DNA of 64,000 nucleotides, taken from assembly GCA_965220215.1 (NCBI GenBank), contig OZ244809.1, positions 666,580 through 730,579 on the forward strand, in the 5' to 3' direction. This DNA is from Dehalococcoidia bacterium. Lineage in GTDB: Bacteria > Chloroflexota > Dehalococcoidia > SHYD01. Numbering within the stretch: the stretch's first letter is position 1; each line of letters starts with the position of its first letter. The translations under genes and the position numbers were made by a program. Shown here one piece after another: positions 10,521 through 27,254 of this stretch. The notes beneath the pieces were generated by a model. It had not been told where the DNA came from, ran no database searches, and was given only the letters and a program-made list of their open reading frames with translations.

Positions 10521-11636
10521 ATGCGGATCGGCATCGACGCTAGCAGGGCGCTGGCTTCGCAACGTACCGGCACGGAGAACTACTCGTTGCACCTCATCCG
10601 TCACCTCCTAGCTCAGGCTGAGGAGGAATTGTCGGAGGACACCTTTGACCTCTACTGTCCGCAACGGCCGCCGGCGGGGCTCTTTTCCGACAGCCCTCTG
10701 GCCCGTGAGCGGGTCATCCCTCTGCCGCGGCTGTGGACCCACGTGCGCCTCTCTCTGGAGATGCTGACGAACCGCCCGGACGTGCTCTTTGTGCCTGCGC
10801 ATATCATCCCCCTCGTCCACCCGAACTCCTGTGTAGTGACTATCCACGACCTGGGGCATCTCTACTACCCGGAGACCTACCCCAAGAACACTCTGCGCTA
10901 TCTGACCTGGGGCACGGAGCACAACCTCAAAGTTGCCCAACATGTGCTGGCCGACTCCCAGGTGACTAAGCAGGACATCGAGGAGCGCTTCAACGTGGAA
11001 CCTGAGCGGATCACTGTGGTCTACCCCGGCATCTCCGGCGAGTACCGCACTGGCTATACCCCCAACGCCATTGCGGGGGTTCGGGAGCGCTACGGCATCG
11101 ATGGGCCCTACGTGCTCTACGTAGGCACGCTACATCCCCGTAAGAACGTGGAACGCCTATTGGAGGCCTTTGTCGCCGCCAAGCAAGAGCATGGACTGGC
11201 GGAAACACTAGTCATCGCAGGCCGGCTGGGGTGGCTGCCGGAGGGCATTCTGCGGCGACTCAAAGACGCGGAACCATCGGTCAAGCTAGCGGGCTACGTG
11301 CCCGAAAACGATCTCCCACTGCTCTATGAGGGCGCCCGCCTCTTTGTGCTTCCATCACTGTTTGAGGGCTTTGGCATGCCAATCTTGGAAGCCATGGCCT
11401 GCGGCACACCGGTGCTGGCCGCGGACAGCTCTTCCCTACCTGAGGTGGTTGCCGACGCCGGCGCGCTCTTCAACCCCAACGATGTCGATCAGCTTGCCAG
11501 CTCTATCGCCTGGCTCCTGCAACATCCGGCGACCCTCGAAGACTTCCGGGCGCGCGGGCTGGAACGAGCGCGCGAGTTCTCCTGGGACGTGGCCGCTCGC
11601 CACACCCTGGACATCCTGCGGGCAGCGAGCAGCTAA
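10521..11636 (+). CDS. Glycosyltransferase family 4
   Basis: MRIGIDASRA...; the C-terminal VLPSLFEGFGMPILEAMACGTPVLAADSSSLPEV is the GT4 EX7E-type motif. The start is at ATG 10521. Confidence 0.8.
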   Translation: MRIGIDASRALASQRTGTENYSLHLIRHLLAQAEEELSEDTFDLYCPQRPPAGLFSDSPLARERVIPLPRLWTHVRLSLEMLTNRPDVLFVPAHIIPLVHPNSCVVTIHDLGHLYYPETYPKNTLRYLTWGTEHNLKVAQHVLADSQVTKQDIEERFNVEPERITVVYPGISGEYRTGYTPNAIAGVRERYGIDGPYVLYVGTLHPRKNVERLLEAFVAAKQEHGLAETLVIAGRLGWLPEGILRRLKDAEPSVKLAGYVPENDLPLLYEGARLFVLPSLFEGFGMPILEAMACGTPVLAADSSSLPEVVADAGALFNPNDVDQLASSIAWLLQHPATLEDFRARGLERAREFSWDVAARHTLDILRAASS

Positions 11637-11640
11637 AGCC

Positions 11641-12714
11641 ATGCAACGCATCCTTGTGGTCAAGCTGGCTGACATCGGCGACGTGCTCACCGCCACACCC
11701 GCGCTGCGGGCGCTGCGGCATGCCTTCCCCCACGCCCACATCACCGCGCTGGTGCCACCAAACTCCGCGGGAGTCCTAGAGGGATCCGCACTGACGGACG
11801 ACCTCATCCTCTTTAACAAGCAGTCCTTTGAGTCCACAAGCGGCCTACTGCGGCCACAGGCTGTGGGCAGTCTCGCCGGACTGGGGCTGCGGCTACGGCG
11901 TGCAGGGTTCGATGCGATACTCTTTCTGCACCACCTGACCACGGCTGCCGGCGCTCGCAAATACGCAGGGCTGGCGGCGGCAGCAGGCGCGCCGGTGCGG
12001 GCCGGCCTAGATAACGGACGGGGTGGGTTCCTGACCCACCGCGTGCAGGATCAGGGGTTCGGGGCGTTCCACGAGGTGGAGTACAGCAACCAGGTGGTGC
12101 AACTGCTAGGCGTTGAGCCGGACTACGGCCCCCTCGCCTTCACGCTGCAGGACGCCGACCTCTCACAAGCTGAGGAATTACTCAAGGGACACACCGGCAA
12201 GCCCCGCATTGCTGTGCATCCCGGCAGCGGCAGCTATAGTATGGCCCGACGCTGGCCCATCGAGCGGTTCACAGCGCTGGCGAAGGGCCTAGTCGAGCGG
12301 CTGGACGCAACGGTAATCGCCGTGGGCGGCAGTGATGAACAAGCGCTGGGAAACGCTGTGGCGCAAGCAGCAGGAGTAACGGCGCTGGACCTGACCGGCC
12401 GCACGACGCTGCGAGAATTGGGTGCAGTGCTCCAGTCCTGCGATCTGCTGGTCTGCAACGATAGCGGAGTCATGCACCTTGCGGCGGCGGTGGGCACGCC
12501 GGTAGTCGCGCTGTTCGGTCCCTCCAACCACCGCGCATGGGGGCCCTGGTCGCCCGAAGCTGCTTCCACCGTGCTCCGGTCGGACTTACCCTGTAGCCCC
12601 TGTTTCTACACCGGCCACTCCTTGGGCACGCCGGAGGGCTGTCCGGAGCGCACCTGCCTTCATCTCATTCCTCCTGAGCAGGTCTTGGATGTCGTCCAGC
12701 GTCACCTCGCCTGA
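11641..12714 (+). CDS. Glycosyltransferase family 9 (heptosyltransferase-like)
   Basis: MQRILVVKLADIGDVLTATPALRAL...CNDSGVMHLAAAVGTPVVALFGPS. The start is at ATG 11641. Confidence 0.8.
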   Translation: MQRILVVKLADIGDVLTATPALRALRHAFPHAHITALVPPNSAGVLEGSALTDDLILFNKQSFESTSGLLRPQAVGSLAGLGLRLRRAGFDAILFLHHLTTAAGARKYAGLAAAAGAPVRAGLDNGRGGFLTHRVQDQGFGAFHEVEYSNQVVQLLGVEPDYGPLAFTLQDADLSQAEELLKGHTGKPRIAVHPGSGSYSMARRWPIERFTALAKGLVERLDATVIAVGGSDEQALGNAVAQAAGVTALDLTGRTTLRELGAVLQSCDLLVCNDSGVMHLAAAVGTPVVALFGPSNHRAWGPWSPEAASTVLRSDLPCSPCFYTGHSLGTPEGCPERTCLHLIPPEQVLDVVQRHLA

Positions 12715-13447
12715 GCTAAGGGCCTGCTCTGTCCTGGGCGTACACGTGCATGGGCTTACTCTGGGAGAAGCCCTCGCCCAAATAGATACGTTCATAGTGT
12801 CTGGCAATACCCACCAGGTGGTAACAGTGAACCCGGAGTACGTGGTGGTCGCCCAACAGAACGCCGCTTTCCGCAGCGTGTTGAACAACGCAGACCTGGC
12901 CTTAGTGGATGGCATAGGGTTGTCCTGGGCCACGTGGGCCCTCGGCTGCGGGTGGGCGCAACGCATTCCAGGGGTCGATCTGGTGGATGCGCTGGCAGCC
13001 CTGGCCGCGGAGAAGGAGTACCGAATCTTCCTCCTAGGCGCGCGAGCGGGAGTGGCGGAGGGCGCAGCCCGGGCGCTGCAGCAGCGCTACCCTGGCCTCT
13101 TTGTAGCCGGAACCTACGCCGGTTCACCCAAGATGGAGGATGAGGAGACGATCCGCACCCAGATCCAGGCGGCTGAACCGCACATCTTGTTTGTGGCGTA
13201 CGGCGCGCCAGCCCAAGACCTCTGGATTCAGCGGATGCTGCCTCGTCTGGGCGTGCCTGTCGCTATGGGCGTTGGCGGCGCGTTCGACTACCTCAGCGGC
13301 GTACTGCCCAGAGCGCCGGGCCTGATGCGTAAGCTGGGCCTGGAATGGCTCTACCGGCTGTATCGAGAACCTCAGCGCTGGCGGCGCATGCTGCGCCTGC
13401 CCCACTTTGCGTGGATGGTGTTGCGGCAACGGCTGCAACAGCGCTAA
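12689..13447 (+). CDS. WecB/TagA/CpsF family glycosyltransferase (GT26)
   Basis: VTVNPEYVVVAQQNAAFRSVLNNADLALVDGIGL...LGARAG is the GT26 pattern. It overlaps the preceding GT9 gene by 26 nt. Confidence 0.8.
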   Translation: MSSSVTSPELRACSVLGVHVHGLTLGEALAQIDTFIVSGNTHQVVTVNPEYVVVAQQNAAFRSVLNNADLALVDGIGLSWATWALGCGWAQRIPGVDLVDALAALAAEKEYRIFLLGARAGVAEGAARALQQRYPGLFVAGTYAGSPKMEDEETIRTQIQAAEPHILFVAYGAPAQDLWIQRMLPRLGVPVAMGVGGAFDYLSGVLPRAPGLMRKLGLEWLYRLYREPQRWRRMLRLPHFAWMVLRQRLQQR

Positions 13448-13521
13448 CGGCGCGCCGTTCCTATTGAGAGCGACTGCTGTGCTACACTGGCGGCGGTATT
13501 CTCTCTAGCGCAAACATACAG

Positions 13522-14085
13522 ATGACGCAACAAACCTCTCCCCTGCCCCAGGCTCCAAACTTCTGTCTCCGACACCCGGACACCGAGAGCAACCTGCGCT
13601 GCAGCAAGTGCGATTCCTACATCTGCCCGCGCTGCCTCGTCATGACCCCTGTGGGCGCCCGCTGTCCGGACTGCGCCCACGTGCAGGCGCTACCGCAGTT
13701 TGAGGTCAAGCCCATAGAGTATGCCAGGGGAACCGGTGCAGCAGCAGGCGTAGCGCTGGTGGCCGGCGCGATCTGGGCCATCCTCCCCTTTGGCAATTTC
13801 CTAGGCTTTCTCTTCGGTATTGGCGCGGGATTTGCTATTAGTGAAGGCATGAACGCGGCCACCAACCGGCGCCAGAGCACAGGACTCAAAATCATTGCCG
13901 CGTGTGGCGTGGTCCTAACTTTCCTTTTCTCTCAAGTAATCGGCATCATCCTGGCGTTCGGCATGCCTTCTAATCCAGAAGTGATCCCAGTGCTCTTTAT
14001 TGCCGCATTCCAAGGGATGATGAGTCCCTTTACCTTGATCATCGTCGGCCTTGGCGCATTCTTCGCGGTCACCAGGATAGGGTAG
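13522..14085 (+). CDS. Hypothetical membrane protein with N-terminal B-box-like zinc ribbon
   Basis: CLRHPDTESNLRCSKCDSYICPRCLV..CPDCAH is followed by several hydrophobic helices. Confidence 0.5.
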   Translation: MTQQTSPLPQAPNFCLRHPDTESNLRCSKCDSYICPRCLVMTPVGARCPDCAHVQALPQFEVKPIEYARGTGAAAGVALVAGAIWAILPFGNFLGFLFGIGAGFAISEGMNAATNRRQSTGLKIIAACGVVLTFLFSQVIGIILAFGMPSNPEVIPVLFIAAFQGMMSPFTLIIVGLGAFFAVTRIG

Positions 14086-14094
14086 GCGTTAACT

Positions 14095-15093
14095 ATGCCC
14101 GATCTCACACAGTGGCCTGGCAAGTGGCGCGGCAAACGTATCGTCGTGCTGGGTGACCTGTGCCTAGACGAGTACATCGTGGGCAAAGCCCAGCGCCTCA
14201 GCCGGGAAGCGCCGGTGCCGGTGTTGGAGTTCCAGGAGCGCTTCTCCATGCCGGGGGCAGCGTGCAGCCCCGCGCTGAACATTCAGGCAGTAGGCGGCAA
14301 CGCGGCCTTAGTAGGACTGGTGGGGAATGATGAAGCAGGGCATACGCTGCTGTTTACTCTGAACCAAGCTGGCATAGATACCACAGGCGTAATAGTGGAC
14401 ACCGCGCATAGCACCACCGTGAAGACGCGGGTGCTGGCCAGCCACCTCTTCCCGCACCAGATGGTGCGCATAGATAACGTGGACAGGCAACCCATAGGCC
14501 GCGCGACCGCGAACAAGCTGCGCGACGCCGTTGCCCGGGCCGCTGCCCAAGCGGACGCAGTCCTCGTTTCCGACTACCGCAGCGGCGTGGTAAGCGCGCC
14601 ACTGGTGGCGAGGGCGGTGGAAGCAGCCAGGCAGCGGAACATTGTGACTACGGTGGACTCGCAAGGAGAGTTTGCCAAGTACCGGGGCGCAACCCTGCTG
14701 CGCTGCAACAAGGAGGAGGCGGAGAGCTACCTTCGCCGCAGCCTGACCACAGACAAGGCCTTTGCTGCCGCTGCCGCTGCCCTACAAAGACGCCTCAACG
14801 TGGCCTCTGTGATTATCACGAGAGGCAGCGACGGCCTCAGTCTTACCGACGCCGCGGGGCAGAGCTACCACCTACCCGCCAGCAACCCCAGTGAAGTCTA
14901 CGACGTCACCGGCGCGGGCGATGCAGTGATTGCGCTCGTTACGTGCGGGCTGACTGGGGGCTCAGACCTGTTCTCCGCGGCGCAGGTGGGCAACATTGCC
15001 GCAGGACTGGTCGTGCGCAAGCTGGGCAACGCAACGGTGGCGCTATCTGAGCTTACAGATGCGCTTACCGCTTACGACCGCGACTCCACGTAA
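14095..15093 (+). CDS. D-glycero-beta-D-manno-heptose-7-phosphate kinase (RfaE/HldE domain I, PfkB family)
   Basis: RIVVLGDLCLDEYIVGKAQRLSREAPVPVLEF is the HldE kinase-domain signature. It is 332 aa with no fused adenylyltransferase domain. Confidence 0.8.
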   Translation: MPDLTQWPGKWRGKRIVVLGDLCLDEYIVGKAQRLSREAPVPVLEFQERFSMPGAACSPALNIQAVGGNAALVGLVGNDEAGHTLLFTLNQAGIDTTGVIVDTAHSTTVKTRVLASHLFPHQMVRIDNVDRQPIGRATANKLRDAVARAAAQADAVLVSDYRSGVVSAPLVARAVEAARQRNIVTTVDSQGEFAKYRGATLLRCNKEEAESYLRRSLTTDKAFAAAAAALQRRLNVASVIITRGSDGLSLTDAAGQSYHLPASNPSEVYDVTGAGDAVIALVTCGLTGGSDLFSAAQVGNIAAGLVVRKLGNATVALSELTDALTAYDRDST

Positions 15094-15125
15094 ACAGGGA
15101 CGGGTAAACCCGCCCCTGTTTCTAA
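15093..15125. terminator. Bidirectional intrinsic terminator between the convergent heptose-7-phosphate kinase gene and rpoC
   Basis: Hairpin ACAGGGACGGG-TAAA-CCCGCCCCTGT followed by TTTCT. It lies between two convergent stop codons. Confidence 0.6.
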
Positions 15126-15149
15126 CTAACTTCAGCTTGTAGCGGCAGC

Positions 15150-19565
<4,416 letters not shown>

Positions 19566-19573
19566 GTGCGCTC

Positions 19574-23368
<3,795 letters not shown>

Positions 23369-23714
23369 AACGAGCCCCTCCTTGGGAGAACTAAAGCAGG
23401 TTGAGCGGGATTCTCAGACACGCAAAAAGCGGGTGTGATCCATTACACTCTGGAAACCAGAAATACGGGGGTTGGGGATTGCCTAATAAGCCACTATACA
23501 TAGTGTGCGTCAAGACATAATAACTTTAACGCTAACACATGTCAACTACTATCTTTCCTTAATTAAAGGGCGGTCTCTGGAATGAACCCCAGAAACTGGG
23601 AAAAAGGCCTCGTGAGGAAGCACATCGGCCACGCGCCTATGCTAAAATTAAGGGGCGCACTTTCTTGCAGACGTCACCGTCCGCACCCTCGCGACTCCTC
23701 ATGAAAGGGAATCC

Positions 23715-25382
23715 ATGGGGGAAGATACCAAAACAGACACCCATCGCGTCGCCACCAGTGGTGACTTAGAGGTCTCCACTTATCTTGAGCTTGCAGAAGC
23801 CAAGGTAGGAGCCAAGCCTCTTCCCGAAGACGGCACCAGACCCAAGCGGGACACCATTGTTGTGCTGGACTTCGGTTCCCAGTACAGCTTGCTCATCGCC
23901 CGCCGCATCCGGGAACTGAACGTCTACTGCGAGATGGTCTCCTACGATACGCCCTGGGAGCAGATAGCGTCGCTCCAGCCCAAGGGATTCGTCCTCTCCG
24001 GCGGTCCCGCCAGCGTCTACGAAGCGAATGCCCCGCTAATCCCGCCCTACATCCTTGAGGCGAACGCGCCCATCCTGGGTATCTGCTACGGCATGCAGCT
24101 CCTTGCGCATCAGCTTGGCGGCAGAGTAGTGCCCGGCGATAAGCGAGAGTACGGCTTTGCAGTCCTCCACAGGGAGACGGACGACAGCCCCATCTTCAGG
24201 GACATGCCTCCCTCTTCTCAAGTATGGATGAGCCACGGCGACCGCATAGACGAGCTGCCTCCCGGCTTCAAGCCTCTGGCCTACACCGATAACTCTCCCA
24301 TCGCTGCCATGGGCGACGACAGAGGCCACGTTGGCATCCAGTTTCACCCGGAGGTGGTTCATACCGTTCACGGCAAGGAGTTGCTGCGGAACTTCCTCTA
24401 CGAAATCTGCGGCTGCACCGGCGATTGGACGGCCGGGAATTTCATCAATGAGAACATCCAGCGCATCCGTGACCAGGTGGGCAACGGCCGCGTGCTCTGT
24501 GCCCTCTCCGGCGGCGTAGACTCTGCGGTAGTAGCCGCCCTCATCGGGCAGGCCATCGGCGATCAGCTTACCTCTATCTTTGTGAATAACGGCCTGCTCC
24601 GCCTCAATGAAGCCGAAAGCACTCTGGAGACACTGCACCGCAACCTTATCTGGAACATCGAGTACGTAGACGCTACCGACCGCTTCTTGGGCGCGCTGAA
24701 CGGAGTCGTTGACCCAGAACAGAAGCGCATGATTGTGGGAGAGACCTTCATCCGGGTCTTTGAGGAGGAGGCCCGCAAGCTAGGCCGCATCGATTTCCTG
24801 GCCCAGGGCACCCTCTACCCCGACGTCATCGAAAGCGCCACCTCCGACCAGAAGAGCACGGCAAAGATTAAGACGCACCACAACGTAGGCGGCCTCCCCA
24901 GCGATATGCAGTTCAGCCTCATCGAGCCGCTGCGCTACCTCTTTAAAGATGAGGTGCGCCAGGTGGGCCTCGCGCTTGGTCTGCCGGAGGAGATGGTCTG
25001 GCGGCAGCCCTTCCCCGGCCCGGGCTTGGCCATCCGCATGATGGGCGCGGTGACGCAGGAGCGGCTGGATTTGCTGCGAGCCGCAGACGCCATCGTGACG
25101 GATGAGATCCTGAAGGCCAGCTACTACAGAGAAACAGCCCAGGTCTTTGCAGTGCTGCCGGGCGTGCGCACCGTTGGCGTCATGGGCGACTTCCGCACGT
25201 ACCGTGAGGTTATTGCGGTACGCGCCATTACCAGCGAGGACTTTATGACGGCCGACTGGGCTCGCCTGCCCTACGACCTGTTGGCCCGTATGAGCAACCG
25301 TATCGTCAATGAGGTGCCGGGGATCAATCGAGTGGTGTACGACATCACCTCCAAACCGCCGGGCACCGTGGAGTGGGAGTGA
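23715..25382 (+). CDS. guaA: GMP synthase (glutamine-hydrolysing)
   Basis: Glutamine-amidotransferase domain ([19 protein letters not shown]), the SGGVDS PP-loop and a C-terminal dimerisation domain. The N-terminus appears about 45 aa longer than usual. Confidence 0.9.
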   Translation: MGEDTKTDTHRVATSGDLEVSTYLELAEAKVGAKPLPEDGTRPKRDTIVVLDFGSQYSLLIARRIRELNVYCEMVSYDTPWEQIASLQPKGFVLSGGPASVYEANAPLIPPYILEANAPILGICYGMQLLAHQLGGRVVPGDKREYGFAVLHRETDDSPIFRDMPPSSQVWMSHGDRIDELPPGFKPLAYTDNSPIAAMGDDRGHVGIQFHPEVVHTVHGKELLRNFLYEICGCTGDWTAGNFINENIQRIRDQVGNGRVLCALSGGVDSAVVAALIGQAIGDQLTSIFVNNGLLRLNEAESTLETLHRNLIWNIEYVDATDRFLGALNGVVDPEQKRMIVGETFIRVFEEEARKLGRIDFLAQGTLYPDVIESATSDQKSTAKIKTHHNVGGLPSDMQFSLIEPLRYLFKDEVRQVGLALGLPEEMVWRQPFPGPGLAIRMMGAVTQERLDLLRAADAIVTDEILKASYYRETAQVFAVLPGVRTVGVMGDFRTYREVIAVRAITSEDFMTADWARLPYDLLARMSNRIVNEVPGINRVVYDITSKPPGTVEWE

Positions 25383-25440
25383 TTACTAAGCGTAAGAATC
25401 TCCTGCGGTTCCTGTTTCTTGAAACTGAGTAAGAATAACT

Positions 25441-26985
25441 ATGGCCCCTAAAACAATAGTCACGATTAACTGTAAAATCCCAGGAAGCCTCTCGGAGTAC
25501 ATCCGTTTTGAGTCCAAAGCTTCTTTATGGGACTGGGATATTATACTGTTCCGCCCAAGCATCACTGACTATATGTCTTGGGACGAAGAATATTACCAGG
25601 GTAAGCCATTACTTAACGATAACCGTTCCTTTCAACTCAAAGACGCAGCAAACCATTGGAGCCGTGAACTCGCAGAGGCCTTCAGGGCGGGGAAGACTAT
25701 CTTTGTTCAGCTATGTCCGCTTCGGGAAATCTACGTAGATTCTGGCAAGCGCGAGTATTCAGGTTCAGGAAAAAGCCGCCAGACAACGCGAATTGTAGAC
25801 TTATTCAACAACTATAAAACCCTTCCGGTGGATATTAAGGTTACCGCTGCAGAAGGCAGGGCAATGCAACTAACCAGAGAAGGGGACTTCCTAGTTGAGT
25901 ACTGGAAAGAATTCGGTCATCTTTCTACTTACAAAGTTCTCCTTCCAGAAGACCTAGGCATACCACTGTGTGTAACGAAAACTGGTTCAAAGCCGGTTGC
26001 TGCTATGCTAGAAAACCCGGAGCACGGTGGGCACATCATACTATTGCCGTACTTAGAGCTGATGGAGGAAGACTTCTACGAGGAGCTTGTGGTAGCAACG
26101 AGTTCAAATGAAGAAGACGAAGAGTATGAAGATGAAGATGATGATGATGATGAGTCGGGCTTAGATGACTTTGAGGAGTCGGATGAGATCGATGAAGAGA
26201 TTGTTTGGACAAAGAAGGGCAACATTTTTGGACATAAACTAATTAGCTCCCTATGTGCCATAGATGATGCCCTTGAGGGTGGGATAAAATCTACACCTAT
26301 CCCCGATTGGGCCACCGACGATGCTTACGTCTTACCAAAAGAAGCTGAGCTCCAACAAGAACTGTTAAAAGTAGAAGTTGCTCAGGGAGAACTAGCTGCT
26401 AAGAATGAAGAGATTGCTGCGAGTATATACGAAGAGCGCTCTCTTAGACGGTTGCTATATGAGAATGGTCATCTACTAGAAAAAGCAGTTCTTAAGGCTT
26501 TACAGCTTTTAGGGTTCCATGCAGAGCAATACCGGGATTCAAAATCAGAGTTTGATGTGGTTTTTCAATGTCCAGAAGGACGCTTCTTGGGTGAGGTTGA
26601 AGGCAAAGATGACAAGCCTATCAATGTCGACAAGATACGTCAGTTGGCGATGAATGTTCATGAAGATTTTAGCAGGGACGACGTTGCAGAGATTGCAAAA
26701 GGGGTGCTTTTTGGAAACGCTTATCGCTTAAGAGCACTCCCAGACCGCGGAGATTATTTTACAGAGAAGTCTACAACTGCGGCTAAGAGCAGCGGAATCG
26801 CTCTTGTCCGTACTCCGGATTTGTTCGATGTTGCGAAGTACCTGTCTAATAGGGTTGACGATGATTTTTCTAAGAAATGCCGTGAAGCGATTCTGTCCGC
26901 AAGCGGAGAAGTAGTGCTATTTCCAGCCATACCAACGGAGGACGTACGGACATTCGTAAGGATGCAGCAATCTGAGACCAAGTAA
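25441..26985 (+). CDS. Hypothetical 514-aa protein, compositionally foreign, with a poly-acidic linker and a C-terminal restriction-endonuclease-like (putative PD-(D/E)xK) motif
   Basis: GC content is far lower than the flanks, about 45% in the first 60 nt by my count. The architecture is an N-terminal domain of unknown fold, an acidic run EEDEEYEDEDDDDDESGLDDFEESDEIDEE, a predicted coiled coil, then EFDVVFQCPEGRFLGEVEGKDDK, which I read as D...E.EGK. I found no match to a named family. Confidence 0.6.
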   Translation: MAPKTIVTINCKIPGSLSEYIRFESKASLWDWDIILFRPSITDYMSWDEEYYQGKPLLNDNRSFQLKDAANHWSRELAEAFRAGKTIFVQLCPLREIYVDSGKREYSGSGKSRQTTRIVDLFNNYKTLPVDIKVTAAEGRAMQLTREGDFLVEYWKEFGHLSTYKVLLPEDLGIPLCVTKTGSKPVAAMLENPEHGGHIILLPYLELMEEDFYEELVVATSSNEEDEEYEDEDDDDDESGLDDFEESDEIDEEIVWTKKGNIFGHKLISSLCAIDDALEGGIKSTPIPDWATDDAYVLPKEAELQQELLKVEVAQGELAAKNEEIAASIYEERSLRRLLYENGHLLEKAVLKALQLLGFHAEQYRDSKSEFDVVFQCPEGRFLGEVEGKDDKPINVDKIRQLAMNVHEDFSRDDVAEIAKGVLFGNAYRLRALPDRGDYFTEKSTTAAKSSGIALVRTPDLFDVAKYLSNRVDDDFSKKCREAILSASGEVVLFPAIPTEDVRTFVRMQQSETK

Positions 26986-27038
26986 GTTAAGTGCGGATAA
27001 CTGTAAACAAACAACATGACAAATGTGGGAGTAGCACT

Positions 27039-27236
27039 ATGGCACTAGCCGATTTCATCTCTGCAGCTATGAGCAAGGCCGTCTACAAGGAGATGCCTGA
27101 CGGGACGTTTGAAGCGACCGTACCGCAGCTCTCCGGAGCGATAGGCCGCGGCAAGACCCGTGAGGAGTGTGAAGCCGAGCTCCTCAAATACGTGGAGCAC
27201 TGGATAAAGCGCACCATGGGGACATTGCACCAGTAG
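27039..27236 (+). CDS. HicB/UPF0150-like small protein (putative antitoxin-like partner)
   Basis: DGTFEATVPQLSGAIGRGKTREECEAELLKYVEHWIK follows the HicB-type pattern DGxYxAxVPxLPGCxxxGxTxEEAxxxxxEAIxxxLE. The start is at ATG 27039. Confidence 0.55.
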   Translation: MALADFISAAMSKAVYKEMPDGTFEATVPQLSGAIGRGKTREECEAELLKYVEHWIKRTMGTLHQ

Positions 27237-27254
27237 CGCGGCCTTAAGCTAGCT

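Noticed and set aside
23369-23714. AT-rich 345-bp region upstream of rpoB/guaA, considered for a riboswitch or sRNA
   Set aside because: I could recognise no conserved riboswitch motif. It is most simply the divergent promoter/leader region of rpoB and guaA.
25780-25800. SGSGKS in the 514-aa foreign protein, considered as a possible Walker A P-loop
   Set aside because: It does not fit GxxxxGK[ST] (Glu where the first Gly should be), and the surrounding sequence lacks P-loop NTPase context.
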